A model generated the notes under the pieces. That model ran no database searches and had not been told where the DNA came from. It worked only from the letters and a program-made list of their open reading frames with translations. Of a stretch of DNA of 64,000 nt, positions 12,623 to 26,439 are shown piece by piece. The position numbers were made by a program, and so were the translations under genes. How positions within the stretch are numbered: position 1 is the stretch's first letter; every line of letters begins with the position of its first letter. The stretch lies in assembly GCA_964016885.1 (NCBI GenBank), contig OZ024742.1, forward strand, positions 119,040,001-119,104,000. Reading direction: 5' to 3'. The stretch comes from Eledone cirrhosa (lineage: Eukaryota).

Positions 12623-12913
12623 TGTCACCAAGCATACGTCGTCTACAGATTAGAGTGCGACAAATGTAGCAATTTATACATAGGGAACACCACCAGACAA
12701 CTTCACATTAGAATAAAAGAACACCTCAACACTAATGCTTCATTTAAGAAACACCTGGAGAAATGTAAAAACATCAACAAAAACATAATAGTTAGGATAG
12801 AAGCTAAAGATAGAAACCTCGGCAATCTTAGAATTAAAGAAGCATTAATTATAGACAAAACGCAACCACCAAACAATAATAGATTAGAACTCAACACCCA
12901 ATTTTTAACATGA
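12623..12913 (+). pseudogene. PLE GIY-YIG endonuclease C-terminal fragment (not in ORF track)
   Basis: Reads CHQAYVVYRLECDKCSNLYIGNTTRQLHIRIKEHL..LRIKEALII to TGA at 12911. Confidence 0.85.
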
Positions 12914-12951
12914 TAGAGCATCTAGCCCCCATATTTACATCTCCACGTATC

Positions 12952-13063
<112 letters not shown>

Positions 13064-13265
13064 TGCTTACACCTTAACGTATTCTCCCTCTCTCACACAC
13101 ACTTAGACATACAGGTCCAAACCCTTTAAAGGGAGACAACTCTTTATCCACTTGACCTGCACATACCTCCTCTCTTTGACATTAAAAGTAGAATAGAATT
13201 CTATACTACTTCCGGTCAGCATGACTTAGCAACCCACTTCGGACACTGGATGAACCCCTTTAGTT

Positions 13266-13302
13266 TCCTCAGACGAAGAGATATTATCTCGAAATATCAG
13301 GA
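13266..13302 (+). ncRNA. Minimal hammerhead fold with A at core position 4 (CAGACGA)
   Basis: Stem I tcct/agga, stem II gagat/atctc, GAAA ta UC; lies downstream of the GIY-YIG fragment. Confidence 0.65.
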
Positions 13303-13402
13303 TATATGAATAAATTAAGGTAAAAGACTAATTGTCGGCGTTATCTTTTGCATTTATATTCTATCTCCACACCCACATTATTCTGGCCTTCTAACTTCTA
13401 AC

Positions 13403-13438
<36 letters not shown>

Positions 13439-13497
13439 GATTTTTTTCAACACGCTGATGCGTATGTGTATATATATATATGTGCGTGTGTGTATGT

Positions 13498-13616
<119 letters not shown>

Positions 13617-13750
13617 TTTACACAAACACACACATACACTCACGCACAGCATAGCAAATGGAAGGCCAGCTGGTGTTTTGCTATAGATTTTCACCATCCC
13701 CTTCCTTCCTATTGCACACACACATTGTGTGACGGACGGACGCTGCTCAA

Positions 13751-13803
<53 letters not shown>

Positions 13804-14356
13804 TGCTAAAGCTACAAACCGAATAAGCATACACGCTAGCTTGGCCGTATACTAGAGCTTCGTCTATGCTGTACTAAAATTTATATATATATATATATAG
13901 ATATAAATGAGAGGTATAGAGATTGTTTTAGCAAGAAGCTAACGGCATTCTATAACATATATGCGACTATAACGTCAAGATGGGAAAAGTAGTTAACGAA
14001 AGATTTAGGAAAAATAACTCAAACTCATCTCAAAAGAGAATCAGGATATAAATTCATCCACAGAATTTAGTAAAATCCAGGGAAAAATCTATAGACCTTT
14101 AACTCATGATAAAATAAAGTTTGAAACACTTATCCTTCAATTTGGAATAACATCAAATGCTCTGTATAGTCTTAAAAGACTATTTCATGAAAACTTTCAG
14201 TGGAGATGGTCACGGTTGGATTTCATTCATCAGCAGAGCTCAACAGAAAACCAGGGCTCTCACAGTAATATAATCCGAAAAAGGGAATTCTAAAACTGGC
14301 TAGTTCGCCTTCATGTGTAATTATGAAAAATCACATGAGGAAAAAACGGATATATA

Positions 14357-14404
<48 letters not shown>

Positions 14405-14839
14405 CCCCGTAAAGATGAAAGACAAAATTAACCTCGGCGGGATTTGAACTCAGACCATAAAGTGTCGTAACTCTTTGCTACAAAGCATGGCGTCCGACCA
14501 TCTACCGATACTAATGAATATTACTCAGTTATGTTTGTTTCTATATTATTCTAAAGTTTCAGTCAAGTCTAAGGGAATTAACTCTGTTATACGTTTGCTC
14601 ACTCCACTCGCAGTAAACAAAATGAATTTGCTAATTCAATATGCAATATATTGTCAAAGATCTACCAACTATAACCAAGATATTTCAGTACATGGAGGCT
14701 ACAAAAATATTCAACGACAGAAATTTTTAGCTGCTTTATACTTGTCCTAGTTTCCTTATTTACGCCCTTTTTTCTTCATATTTCCTCTTTTCTCTCTCTG
14801 CCTCTCGTTTATGTTTCTTAATTGTTATTTGATACCTCT

Positions 14840-15060
14840 AAGGGTGGTGAACTGGCAGTATCAGTAGAGGGTCAGGCGCCATGCTTTGCAGCATAGAGTT
14901 ACGGCCCCTTATGATCTGAGTTCAAATCCGGCCAAGGTTAACTTTACCTTTCATCCTTACGGGGTCGATAAAATAAAGTACCAGTCAAGCACTGGGGTCG
15001 ATTTAATCGACTTTCCGCTCCCCCAAAATCGCTGGCCTTGTGCCTATATAAGAAACCGTT
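14840..15060 (+). mobile_element. Full-length tRNA-derived SINE with ~16-bp target-site duplication
   Basis: B-box gagttcaaatcc, conserved core cctttcatccttacggggtcgataaaataaagtaccag, TSD gttatttgatacctct at 14824 and 15058. Confidence 0.88.
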
Positions 15061-15415
15061 ATTTGATACCTCTTCTAGTCATGGCTTAGTAGTTCTATAT
15101 GGACGTTTAAATTGACTAAATGAATAAATAAGTAACTGAATAAATGTTTTGGTTTTAGACAATTTGAAAATAGCAAATAAAGATACCAATTGTGATTGTT
15201 AAGCTTCCTATAGAAAGAGATCTAATATAAAACTGAATCCAAATATTGACGTGGTGCTAATGAATATAGTTTTTATTATATGAATTAAAAAATAGTCAAA
15301 TATATTTTAATCGGAACTCGTACGATAATTTATTCATTTTTATTTTGGATGTAATTTCTGAAATCTTTACAAAAATAGCAATTATAACAATTACAGCGTG
15401 GGCAAGTCATTTTAA

Positions 15416-15629
<214 letters not shown>

Positions 15630-15729
15630 TACCGTTCCTAGACTGGTACTTTACAAATGAAATCTATAACCCGAAACAAATTTTTCTAGATCTCTCGATT
15701 CACATGGTGTAAGCAAAAGTTGTTATTTG

Positions 15730-17140
15730 AACAGAACTATCTTGATCATATGTATGGCCTTAACCATCCAACAAGCCTGGTGGTAAGTTCCTGGGGCCGA
15801 GAAGGAGAACTGGGGAGATGACCAGCCAGCAAGACAGAGAAGGGAGAGCCTTAAGAACTCGGCATAGTCTTCTCGGGGATGAACCCCTTTTTTTTGCTTG
15901 TAAAAATCCTCCCTGGACTCATCATCATCCAGGATAGTTTGATAATGAGACTTATCGATGGAGTCTCAATGTTCCTGGAACTTTTTGAACATTGAGCTAC
16001 CGGGACCAGATGATGAGAGAAAGATTTTGAAGATTTTCTTCCAAACCAGTTAAAGAATATGATGGCGCCAAGCCAGCCACAACAAGCATTTTTTTCAGAG
16101 TTGCTTCAATTTACGTATTAACTTCTTGATGCATGCTAGTGTTACCGGCAGTGGTATTGAAGGACATACCAATTATTCTATCCTCAATTTTGAGTCGTTG
16201 AATTTCCTTCAAAACAACTTCAGGGATTTGTTGTCCGGTTCCATCTCTTGTAATCGGAACACTGAAGAACTCTTTTCCTTTTCCTGTAATTAAAACTGCA
16301 ATCCAATATTTGACTGTACTGGATTGGGAAGCCGATGGTAATAATTCTCAATCACAGTGGAGGATTAGCCAAGATCTGTCTTCAGGTGGGAAAGTAATCT
16401 TCTCACGGCAACTGGTTCTTGCTCGATAAACAATTGAGGGGGAAACTGACAATTGAGGCACATCATGACCAAGACTCTTCGAAATTGTGATGTAAGAAGT
16501 ACTTGTTTGTTATACCGATAGTTTCTGCTGTTCCCACGTGGCAACATGGGTGGCGTCAAGAGTCGGCTTTATTTGCGGTGATTTTCATCGTCATTATTAT
16601 AACTGAGCTGCATGACAAACATTTAAGAGCTACTTTCTCGGAGATCTTCTTGACTTCTTCTGCTTTCTCTCTCTTACTTTCATATCACGAATATTCTTAT
16701 CCTTCTTCTGAATGGCTCTCACATGTTCTGCATCAACACCATCCTTAAATGAAGACATATAATCTTCCCGCTGTGTTTCAAGAAAACTTTGTCTTCAAAT
16801 GCGACATCCTTTTAATCGAGAACGTCATAATTTGCAATGTAAACACTTTTCTCAACATCACCTTTCTAAATCTCACATTTCGCAATTGCTTTGTCAGACA
16901 TTCTTGACTTTTCCTTTTTTCCCGTTCTTTGTACTCATTATACAATTTCTCGATTGAAGTGGGAATTTTTTCCCGTTTTGGTAGAGGTATTCGTGGATAT
17001 TCTGGCTAGTGTTTTTTACGGCAACTGAAATTCTCTCCCCGAGAATAGTGGAGAAAACACTTGTTGTTTGGAGGAGAGTTTAGTCTGAGGGCTTTCTCTC
17101 AAGCAGCCAAATGGCCTTTCTAGTTTCCACTTATTCTCTG
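15730..17140 (-). pseudogene. Decayed hAT-superfamily (hATm-like) transposase
   Basis: Minus strand LILHCD*ELLP..IAVLITGKGKEFFSVP..DGTG..IIGMSFNTTAGNT..LLWLA resembles HWDGKLL/FDTTASNTG/LLWLACRHH; many stops. Confidence 0.7.
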
Positions 17141-18727
17141 TGAAAGATGAAAAGCAAAATCAATCAATCAATTTTATTTTAACGAACCTTTGAGTTCTCA
17201 CATTTCTGGAGCCCATTCTGGCTATGAAAAGCAAAAGAGAAGAAAATTATTTCATAACTTTATAACAATAGATGGTTGACGAAAACCAGCGTGCTTACCA
17301 CTCACCAACAAAACCAGCACTGAACCAACAATGCAATGAATCTTGCATTAGAATCTTATTGTTAACTCATTATCTTACTGAATTATCAAAACAAATATTG
17401 AAAAGCTCACCCCATCAACATGATATCAAATATTTATTTGTATAAACAATGAAAACAAATCACTGATGTACAATTATTTCTATATACTTAGTTTTAATTT
17501 ATGGTTCATTTACTTTTCATTTAGGATACTATAGATGGTAGAAACGTCTCCTGCATGAACACAGACAAAAATACAACCTAGTTACAATCAATAAGTGTTG
17601 AAGTAATTCTTTTGCATATTTTTGACATAGAATTAAAAAAGCACCACCCTGTCCAGCCTCTAAATATATTTGCATCCCCTTGTATTCGCCTGTGTAACTT
17701 TCATGTAATTGACATGAGGTGATTCCAACAAAAACTTTCCGTATAAATATGAAATCCCCTAATACACACATATTCTACATACGTATCTACGTATACACAC
17801 ATATTGAAAACATGCGCAAGTTGTTTCTAATAAGTAACAATGGAAAAAAACAACATAGCAACCACCTCACTGTTTGGGTTGACGAGATGCTCAGAACAAT
17901 GCATAAAGAAATAATTAACCCTTTAGCATTTAAACCAGCCATATCCGGCCAGAATTCTCTCCCCTTTTTCTCTTGAAACCAGTTGTAACTGGTAACTGAC
18001 CACTCGTACTGATGTTAAGGTATTGTTCTCAAAATAAATAATATCAAAATCTTATAAAATTTGATATTATGTGAGATAATTATGTAAGATAAAGCCTTTA
18101 CTTCAAAAATATAATTGTAAATATAGAGTAATGTAAACGGTAAAGGGTTAAATCTATAGAATAATTCAACCTACGTTAACATGGAACAATGGACCTAAAG
18201 TCATTAGACTGCCTGACAAATTCGAAGACCAGGTTTCTATTACCGATTTACACAAAGGGTCTAGGCTATAACTAGTGTTGTCAGCCACGTAAAAGACTTA
18301 TTACTTTGCTATATTATATTTAAGCAATGCCACTAGATTGAACCCTCTCTCTTTAGGTGAAGTCACTTGAGTACAAACCATCGGATAGTAGTGGGGGCGA
18401 TGGAATACTTTAATTGTTCAACGTTAATAGAGTTACGAAGGTTATAACAATGACTTAGCTGTAGTAGGATAGGCCCTCCTATGTCGAATACGCCCTAAAT
18501 TAACGCAAGTCTTAATGTGGTAGGATATTGACTAAAGTTATTAAAAGGTTATGGACTAATATCCTGTTAATAAATTAGTTTAAATCAATTATCTTCGCTT
18601 CAAACCAAGGAGGAAGCTTCCACGCGGTCTCTCTGATAAACTTCTCTCTAAGCGCACCGAATCGTTTTAAAAATAGAAGAACATTTGATAATTTAGTAGA
18701 CACAATACCTAACAAAAACAACAACAC

Positions 18728-18763
<36 letters not shown>

Positions 18764-21700
18764 ATGCTACTACAGTTAAGTTAAAGTTAACATATCAAAT
18801 GCACTGCTCATCAAAATACCTAGTTAGAAATCATTTATGTAGTGAGGAAAAGTCAAGCAGTTCAATGACTAATATTAATTTGAATTATTCCCGTAACTAT
18901 AGGAAACAATTCTGGACATGTTTCGGGTATTATCAGACCTACAGTAAATATGTTAACACAAACATGGATTTTTTGTCTTATGTAGATGGCATCTCAGAAT
19001 AATTAATGTCCAAAATTTGTATTTTTAAAACAACTATATTTGACTGTGAGAGTTACTTCCCTTAAATTACCAACGTCCAACAATACCGATTTTTTTTAAT
19101 TGATCAATTCTCAAGGTGTCACCTACTTTCTGAAAATATAAAATTCTCGGGGACTGGGTTTCTGCCCTGTCCATAGCCAACATGAGTGTGCTACTCAGTC
19201 AGGATGAGCTCTGCTTCCCATTGTAATCTGAGTGAGAACCAATGTCTGCGGGGGTCTGAAATATCGTTGTGGCAGGCCTCTCGACTTCACAGGTCTCCAT
19301 GGTTTGTCTTTTCGCCTGAATGTTGGTTGTCTTGCTTGCCATACCAAGCTAAATTTGATTATCAAGTAAGCCCTGGCTTGGGTAAATATCCCTTCAGTTC
19401 TGGAGCTTGATGGATTATCCAGAATTGATTGGAAGAGATTAGTGGAGAAAACACTTGTTGTTTGGAGGAGAGTTTAGTCTGAGGTAATTGCCCCTCGGGC
19501 TTTCTCTCAAGCAGCCAAATGGCCTTTCTAGTTTCCACTTTCTTATTCTCTGTGAAAGATGAAAAGCAAAATCAATCAATCAACTTTGAGTTCTCACATT
19601 TCTGGAGCCCATTCTGGCTATGAAAAGCAAAAGAGAAGAAAATTATTTCATAACTTTATAACAATAGATGGTTGACGAAAACCAGCGTGCTTACCACTCA
19701 CCAACAAAACCAGCACTGAACCAACAATGCAATGAATCTTGCATTAGAATCTTATTGTTAACTCATTATTTTACTGAATTATCAAAACAAATATTGAAAA
19801 GCTCACCCCATCAACATGATATCAAATATTTATTTGTATAAACAATGAAAACAAATCACTGATGTACAATTATTTCTATATACTTAGTTTTAATTTATGG
19901 TTCATTTACTTTTCATTTAGGATACTATAGATGGTAGAAACGTCTCCTGCATGAACACAGACAAAACTACAACCTAGTTACAATCAATAAGTGTTGAAGT
20001 AATTCTTTTGCATATTTTTGACATAGAATTAAAAAAGCACCACCCTGTCCAGCCTCTAAATATATTTGCATCCCCTTGTATTCGCCTGTGTAACTTTCAT
20101 GTAATTGACATGAGGTGATTCCAACAAAAACTTTCCGTATAAATATGAAATCCCCTAATACACACATATTCTACATACGTATGTACGTATACACACATAT
20201 TGCAAACATGCGCAAGTTGTTTCTAATAAGTAACAATGGAAAAAAACAACATAGCAACCACCTCACTGTTTGGGTTGACGAGATGCTCATAACAATGCAT
20301 AAAGAAATAATTAACCCTTTAGCATTTAAACCAGCCATATCCGGCCAGAATTCTCTCCCCTTTTTCTCTTGAAACCAGTTGTAACTGGTAACTGACCACT
20401 CGTACTGATGTTAAGGTATTGTTCTCAAAATAAATAATATCAAAATCTTATAGATTTGATATTATGTGAGATAATTATGTAAGATAAAGCCTTTACTTCA
20501 AAAATATAATTGTAAATATAGAGTAATGTAAACGGTAAAGGGTTAAATCTATAGAATAATTCAACCTACGTTAACATGGAACAATGGACCTAAAGTCATT
20601 AGACTGCCTGACAAATTCGAAGACCAGGTTTCTATTACCGATTTACACAAAGGGTCTAGGCTATAACTAGTGTTGTCAGCCACGTAAAAGACTTATTACT
20701 TTGCTATATTATATTTAAGCAATGCCACTAGATTGAACCCTCTCTCTTTAGGTGAAGTCACTTGAGTACAAACCATCGGATAGTAGTGGGGGCGATAGAA
20801 TACTTTAATTGTTCAACGTTAATAGAGTTACGAAGGTTATAACAATGACTTAGCCGTAGTAGGATAGGCCCTCCTATGTCGAATACGCCCTAAATTAACG
20901 CAAGTCTTAATGTGGTAGGATATTGACTAAAGTTATTAAAAGGTTATGGACTAATATCCTGTTAATAAATTAGTTTAAATCAATTATCTTCGCTTCAAAC
21001 CAAGGAGGAAGCTTCCACGCGGTCTCTCTGATAAACTTCTCTCTAAGCGCACCGAATCGTCTTAAAAATAGAAGAACATTTGATAATTTAGTAGACACAA
21101 TACCTAACAAAAACAACAACACCTACTACTACTACTACTACTACTAATAATAATAATAATACTAATACTACTACAGTTAAGTTAAAGTTAACATATCAAA
21201 TGCACTGCTCATCAAAATACCTAGTTAGAAATCATTTATGTAGTGAGGAAAAGTCAAGCAGTTCAATGACTAATATTAATTTGAATTATTCCCGTAACTA
21301 TAGGAAACAATTCTGGACATGTTTCGGGTATTATCAGACCTACAGTAAATATGTTAACACAAACATGGATTTTTTGTCTTACGTAGATGGCATCGCAGAA
21401 TAATTAATGTCCAAAATTTGTATTTTTAAAACAACTATATTTGACTGTGAGAGTTACTTCCCTTAAATTACCAACGTCCAACAATACCGATTTTTTTAAT
21501 TGATCAATTCTCAAGGTGTCACCTACTTTCTGAAAATATAAAATTCTCGGGGACTGGGTTTCTGCCCTGTCCATAGCCAACATCAGTGTGCTACTCAGTC
21601 AGGATGAGCTCTGCTTCCCATTGTAATCTGAGTGAGAACCAATGTCTGCGGGGGTCTGAAATATCGTTGTGTCAGGCCTCTCGACTTCACAGGTCTCCAT

Positions 21701-21840
21701 GGTTTGTCTTTTCGCCTGAATGTTGGTTGTCTTGCTTGCCATACCAAGCTAAATTTGATTATCAAGTAAGCCCTGGCTTGGGTAAATATCCCTTCAGTTC
21801 TGGAGCTTGATGGATTATCCAGAATTGATTGGAAGAGATT
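17046..21840. repeat. Head-to-tail tandem duplication, unit about 2.4 kb (17046-19439 and 19440-21840)
   Basis: Near-identical sequence and ORF pairs offset by about 2400 bp. Confidence 0.95.
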
Positions 21841-22170
21841 AGATGGTCTCACTTTTTGTCTCTGGGTAGATGTCTCATTTGGGACGCCAGAATCTGACTC
21901 TTTCGCTCCTTCCTACATTCTGGATGCCGCTGTAAATGTGAGGGTCACTGCTTCCGTAGCTAACTGGAATAAAATTCTAAAATACCTGGAATTATCGGCA
22001 AACTATTTCCCCCAACCTATGGCGTTCGAGTTTGGAGGTGCTGGTCTACTGAGTTCTTGCCATCGTTAGTGGCTCGCCTTATCGAGGTATCAGGTCCTGC
22101 CCGTGAGGGTACTTGGTTGTTCCAACGCCTTAGCCTCGCTATCATCCGCAGTAATGCTGCTTGTGTGTTG
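21550..22170 (+). pseudogene. CRE-like non-LTR retrotransposon C-terminus (zinc knuckle and restriction-like endonuclease)
   Basis: RPLDFTGLHGLS..CH.KLNLIIK*AL..IPSVLE.DGLSRIDWKRLDGLT..CLIWDA; partial duplicate at 19150-19440 preserves RCG. Confidence 0.7.
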
Positions 22171-22792
22171 GCTCCGGCACCCCTTGTGGTGTGTTACCGA
22201 TTGATACAGTGTTGACTTAATATTTTCTTACGTTTTGATTCTATATTTTTATGTGAAATATTTATGTAATTAAGTAATAGAAATATGTGTTGAATTTTGA
22301 CAGTTATGGCATTTGTGCTTGTAATTTCAAACTAGTAAGAAATAAAAAGAAACAAATGCCAAAAAAATAAAATAAAAATAAAATAAAATTAAGCACAAAG
22401 CCAGCAAATTTGGTGAGAAGGACAAAATGGAAACCAACCCCAGTACTTGATTAATACTTTATTGGATCTTAAGCAGACATCTAACAATTTAAGTCGTAGA
22501 TATAACATTTAAGTCGTAGATATAAAATATTACCTTTTAATTTTATAAGATTTTATAAAAAATTACTTAAACGTTTGACAAAAATTATATTAAAAGCGCA
22601 TAAAAGTAACTAACAACACACCTCAAGCAGGAACTAGGAAAACAAGGTTTGGACTGTTTTGACTAAATGGATTTCACAAAGTGCACAAAGGGATAATTTC
22701 GCTATATGTATATATCTTATATACACAGAGCGAAATTATCTTGTGTAAACCTGCGGATATGAAACGCAAACCACTAAAAATAGTTATATGAA

Positions 22793-22824
<32 letters not shown>

Positions 22825-23324
22825 ACGCACACGTACACGCACACACACACCCACACACACATACACACACACCCACATTATTTTAATTAAACCAATATTT
22901 AACTCTGGTCCTGCACCAACCACAGGATTCGACATCAACGTCGGATGAGTTACGTAACGCAGAGTGCTTTTAAACTATTACATCATGATTAACTAAACAG
23001 AATGACCAGTTCTATCCAGTGGTGAATCACTAAACATAAATGTAATTATAAAATAAGAAAGCAGTAGAAAACAGATAACATTTTTTAAAAAACAATTTTT
23101 AGTACCGGCTGCAGTCGATACTGTTTTCTTATTTTCCTAATATATATAAATTCGTGTGGCACTTCTCAACATACTAAATATAATATATATATATAAGCGA
23201 GAATGAGGGGCTCATTCTACTGACATGGCTTATAAAAGAGGCTGTTTGCATCATTGCAAACGAATCGAATATTATTATTAATATTCGAAAAACTAAGATT
23301 ACATTTATATATATATATATATGT

Positions 23325-23580
23325 AAAAAATGAAACGAAATTTCATTTCTCACTCTTAGTACGGCTGTTACTTAAATATAAGTATGTATACGTACATACA
23401 TATATGTATACAGACGTACAGTAGTATATATATATATATACATACATGCACATGCACATATATATATATATACAAACCGAGCATTATAATAAATGTTCGG
23501 TAAACCCATACGTACATATATATATATGTGTGCATGTATGTATATATATACATACTATTGTACGTCTGTATACATATATG

Positions 23581-23652
<72 letters not shown>

Positions 23653-23939
23653 TATACATACATATACATATATATATATGTGTGTGTGTGTGTATAATAG
23701 AAAATTAACATCAATTACATATAAAAATTATATACATCGTTCCTTTGTCAGTGTTGAACAAAAGGGCAACGATGGTTGCTAAACACTGTACGGCTTAATT
23801 CGGGATGTTTGTTTACAAACAAACCGAGCATTATAATAAATGTTCGGTGAATCCATACGTACATATATATATATGTGTGCATGTATATATACATACTACT
23901 GTACGTCTGCATACATATATGTATGTACGTATACATACT

Positions 23940-23945
<6 letters not shown>
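23325..23945. mobile_element. Inverted pair of the 6546-7490 PLE-end family
   Basis: Minus copy at 23325-23420, plus copies from 23470 and 23735. Confidence 0.7.
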
Positions 23946-23970
<25 letters not shown>

Positions 23971-24174
23971 GTGAGGTTTTTTTTACAAAATGAAAAAATA
24001 ACCGAGGTGTCCTACACGAGTGAAAGTATAAAGAAAAAAAATGAAATCGAAAATGCAACAGACACTCCATCTCAACTCTACTTTTGAAAAGCTGAAGAAC
24101 TGCGAAACCCGTAAAGGAACCAAATAAATATATATATATTTTTTAAAAATAAGACTCCAGTTGCATTTTCGATT

Positions 24175-24260
<86 letters not shown>

Positions 24261-24390
24261 AAATGTGTGAGATCATTGGTACAGTTAGGTATATTTGAAA
24301 AAAAGGAAAAGAATGACTTCATTTGTAGTTCTAAATAATTTGATTTAATTTTATAATATTATATTATGAGTTGGTAGACTCATAATATTA

Positions 24391-25398
24391 TCTGTATATA
24401 TATAAAATTAAGTATGTGTGTGTCTGTGTGTGTCTATGTGTCTATGTATTACCTATAGGGGCCTACACCTTACGACCGATTTTCATGAAACTTTACAGGC
24501 TCATAGATTAGTCATCGGGGAGTGTTTTCTATATATCATATATATCAGTGTATCGTTTTTTTTTTATTCCGGGGTCATTCTGCAGATAAAAATTGATGGG
24601 GGGTTTTCACCTTTTTTAGGTATCGAAAAATAAGATTTTTGGCTCTAGCTCCCACATTTTGCCACCGATTTCGTTCAAATTTTAAAGCAAAATAGAATTT
24701 ATCATTGCACATCCTGTAATGGCTTTATATTTTGCATTTGCTGTTCAGGGACGGCGTGGCAGCCGCTTAAATATAAAAAAAAAATACGGCTCTAGCTCCC
24801 ACATTAATCAACCCACTTTGTTCAAATTTTACACTACGCTAGATCTGATTATTTCACGTCTTAAAGTGGCTTTACATTTTGGATTATTTGTTCAGAAACG
24901 GCGTGGCAGCCGCTTAAATATTCGAAAATACCACCTTTTCGCTCAAATTTCCGCCTTTTCGGCTCTAGCTCCCACATTTTTCAACCGTTTCGTTCAAATT
25001 CGAAACTTCGGCTCCACCTCACACATAAATCAATTTATTAGGTTCAACTTTTATACTACGATAGAACCTATCATTGCACATCTTATAGATGGTCAAAGGC
25101 AAAACGATGGCCATTGACGTCGTCTGAGCTTTTAGTTGTGTATTTGAGAATTCATCGGTTTCCAATCAAGTAGCGTGAGGAAATTTGGCTTAGTGTTAGA
25201 GGTCATTACCTCCCTCCTCCAGCATTCCCCTTCGTCAGTCACCCGTGTTTCTCAGTGATAGAGGTCATCACCACCCTCCCCGCATGGCTTGTGTTTGGCC
25301 ATAGATGAGTCATCGAGAAGCAGTCGCTAAGGTCAACACCTTTTCATCAAAGCAGATATTATTTTACCTACCCAGGCAACGGTGGGTACTGCTGCTAG
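24391..25398 (+). mobile_element. Non-autonomous Helitron
   Basis: A|TCTGTATATATATAAAA start, 3' accc..gggt hairpin and CTAG|T; internal ggctctagctcccacatt repeats. Confidence 0.8.
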
Positions 25399-26160
25399 TA
25401 ATATTATAAAATTAAATCAAATTATTTAACACTACAAGTGAAGTCATTCTTTTCCTTTTTTTCAAATATATATATATATATATATATATATAGAAAAATG
25501 TATGACCCCGACGGCAGAACTCAAACCGTTTCGAACTTTCTCGCATTCCTCGGTGGCAATTGTCAACCTGATCTCAGGTTGACAATTGCCACCGACGAAT
25601 GCGAGAAAGTTCTCCAAGAATCTTTAAAATTCCAGGAATCTTTAAAATTCTTCCCACCGAAGTTAACCAAGAACTTACTAGATCTACTAACTCATAATAT
25701 TACGGGTTCGGTAAAATAAAGTACCAGTAATGTACTGGGTAATTGCTGGCCTTGTGCCAAAAGTAGAAACAATTATAATATTATAATAATTAAATTAAAG
25801 TGAAGTCATTCTTTTCCTTTTTTTCAAATATAACCTGACTGTACCAAGGATCTTACACGTTTTCCAATATATATCTATATCTATAAAAATGAAAATGTGT
25901 GTGTGTGTGTGTGTCTGTTCCGCAGCAACTTTTGATCCGCAAGGCCGATTTTCAAACTTTTTTTTGTAATCAACCACAAATTTATCAGGGCAGGTCGGCG
26001 AATGATCGACTCCCCCTTTGTCCAGGTAAAAAAATCGATAAAACTGACTATATGTACGACTTTGCACAGAAAAAATCTATATCTATAAAAATGTAAAAGA
26101 AAGAGTGAGAGTGAAAGAAACAGACAGACTAAAAGAGGGAGATAGCGGGAGAGAGAGAGA

Positions 26161-26214
<54 letters not shown>

Positions 26215-26439
26215 GAGAGATAGAGAGAGAGAGACGCTGTGTTTGATACATGACAGTGGAAGAGGGGAAGGAAAGCTATAACTAATTAACATGCGCGTGT
26301 GTGTGTGTGCGTGCGCGTGTGTGTTCGTGCAGCGTTCCATGAAAAGTTAAATCTATTAACATATGTGTGTACGTGCACACATGCGTGCGTGAGTTTGTGT
26401 GCGTTTGAGCGTTTGCGTGTGTGAGTGTGTGTGTGTGTG

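Noticed and set aside
14840-14935. tRNA gene
   Set aside because: B-box head runs into a SINE body with a TSD and many dispersed copies; no full cloverleaf
24085-24118. CUGAAGA..GAAA motif
   Set aside because: Only 5 nt for stem II and no stem I pairing
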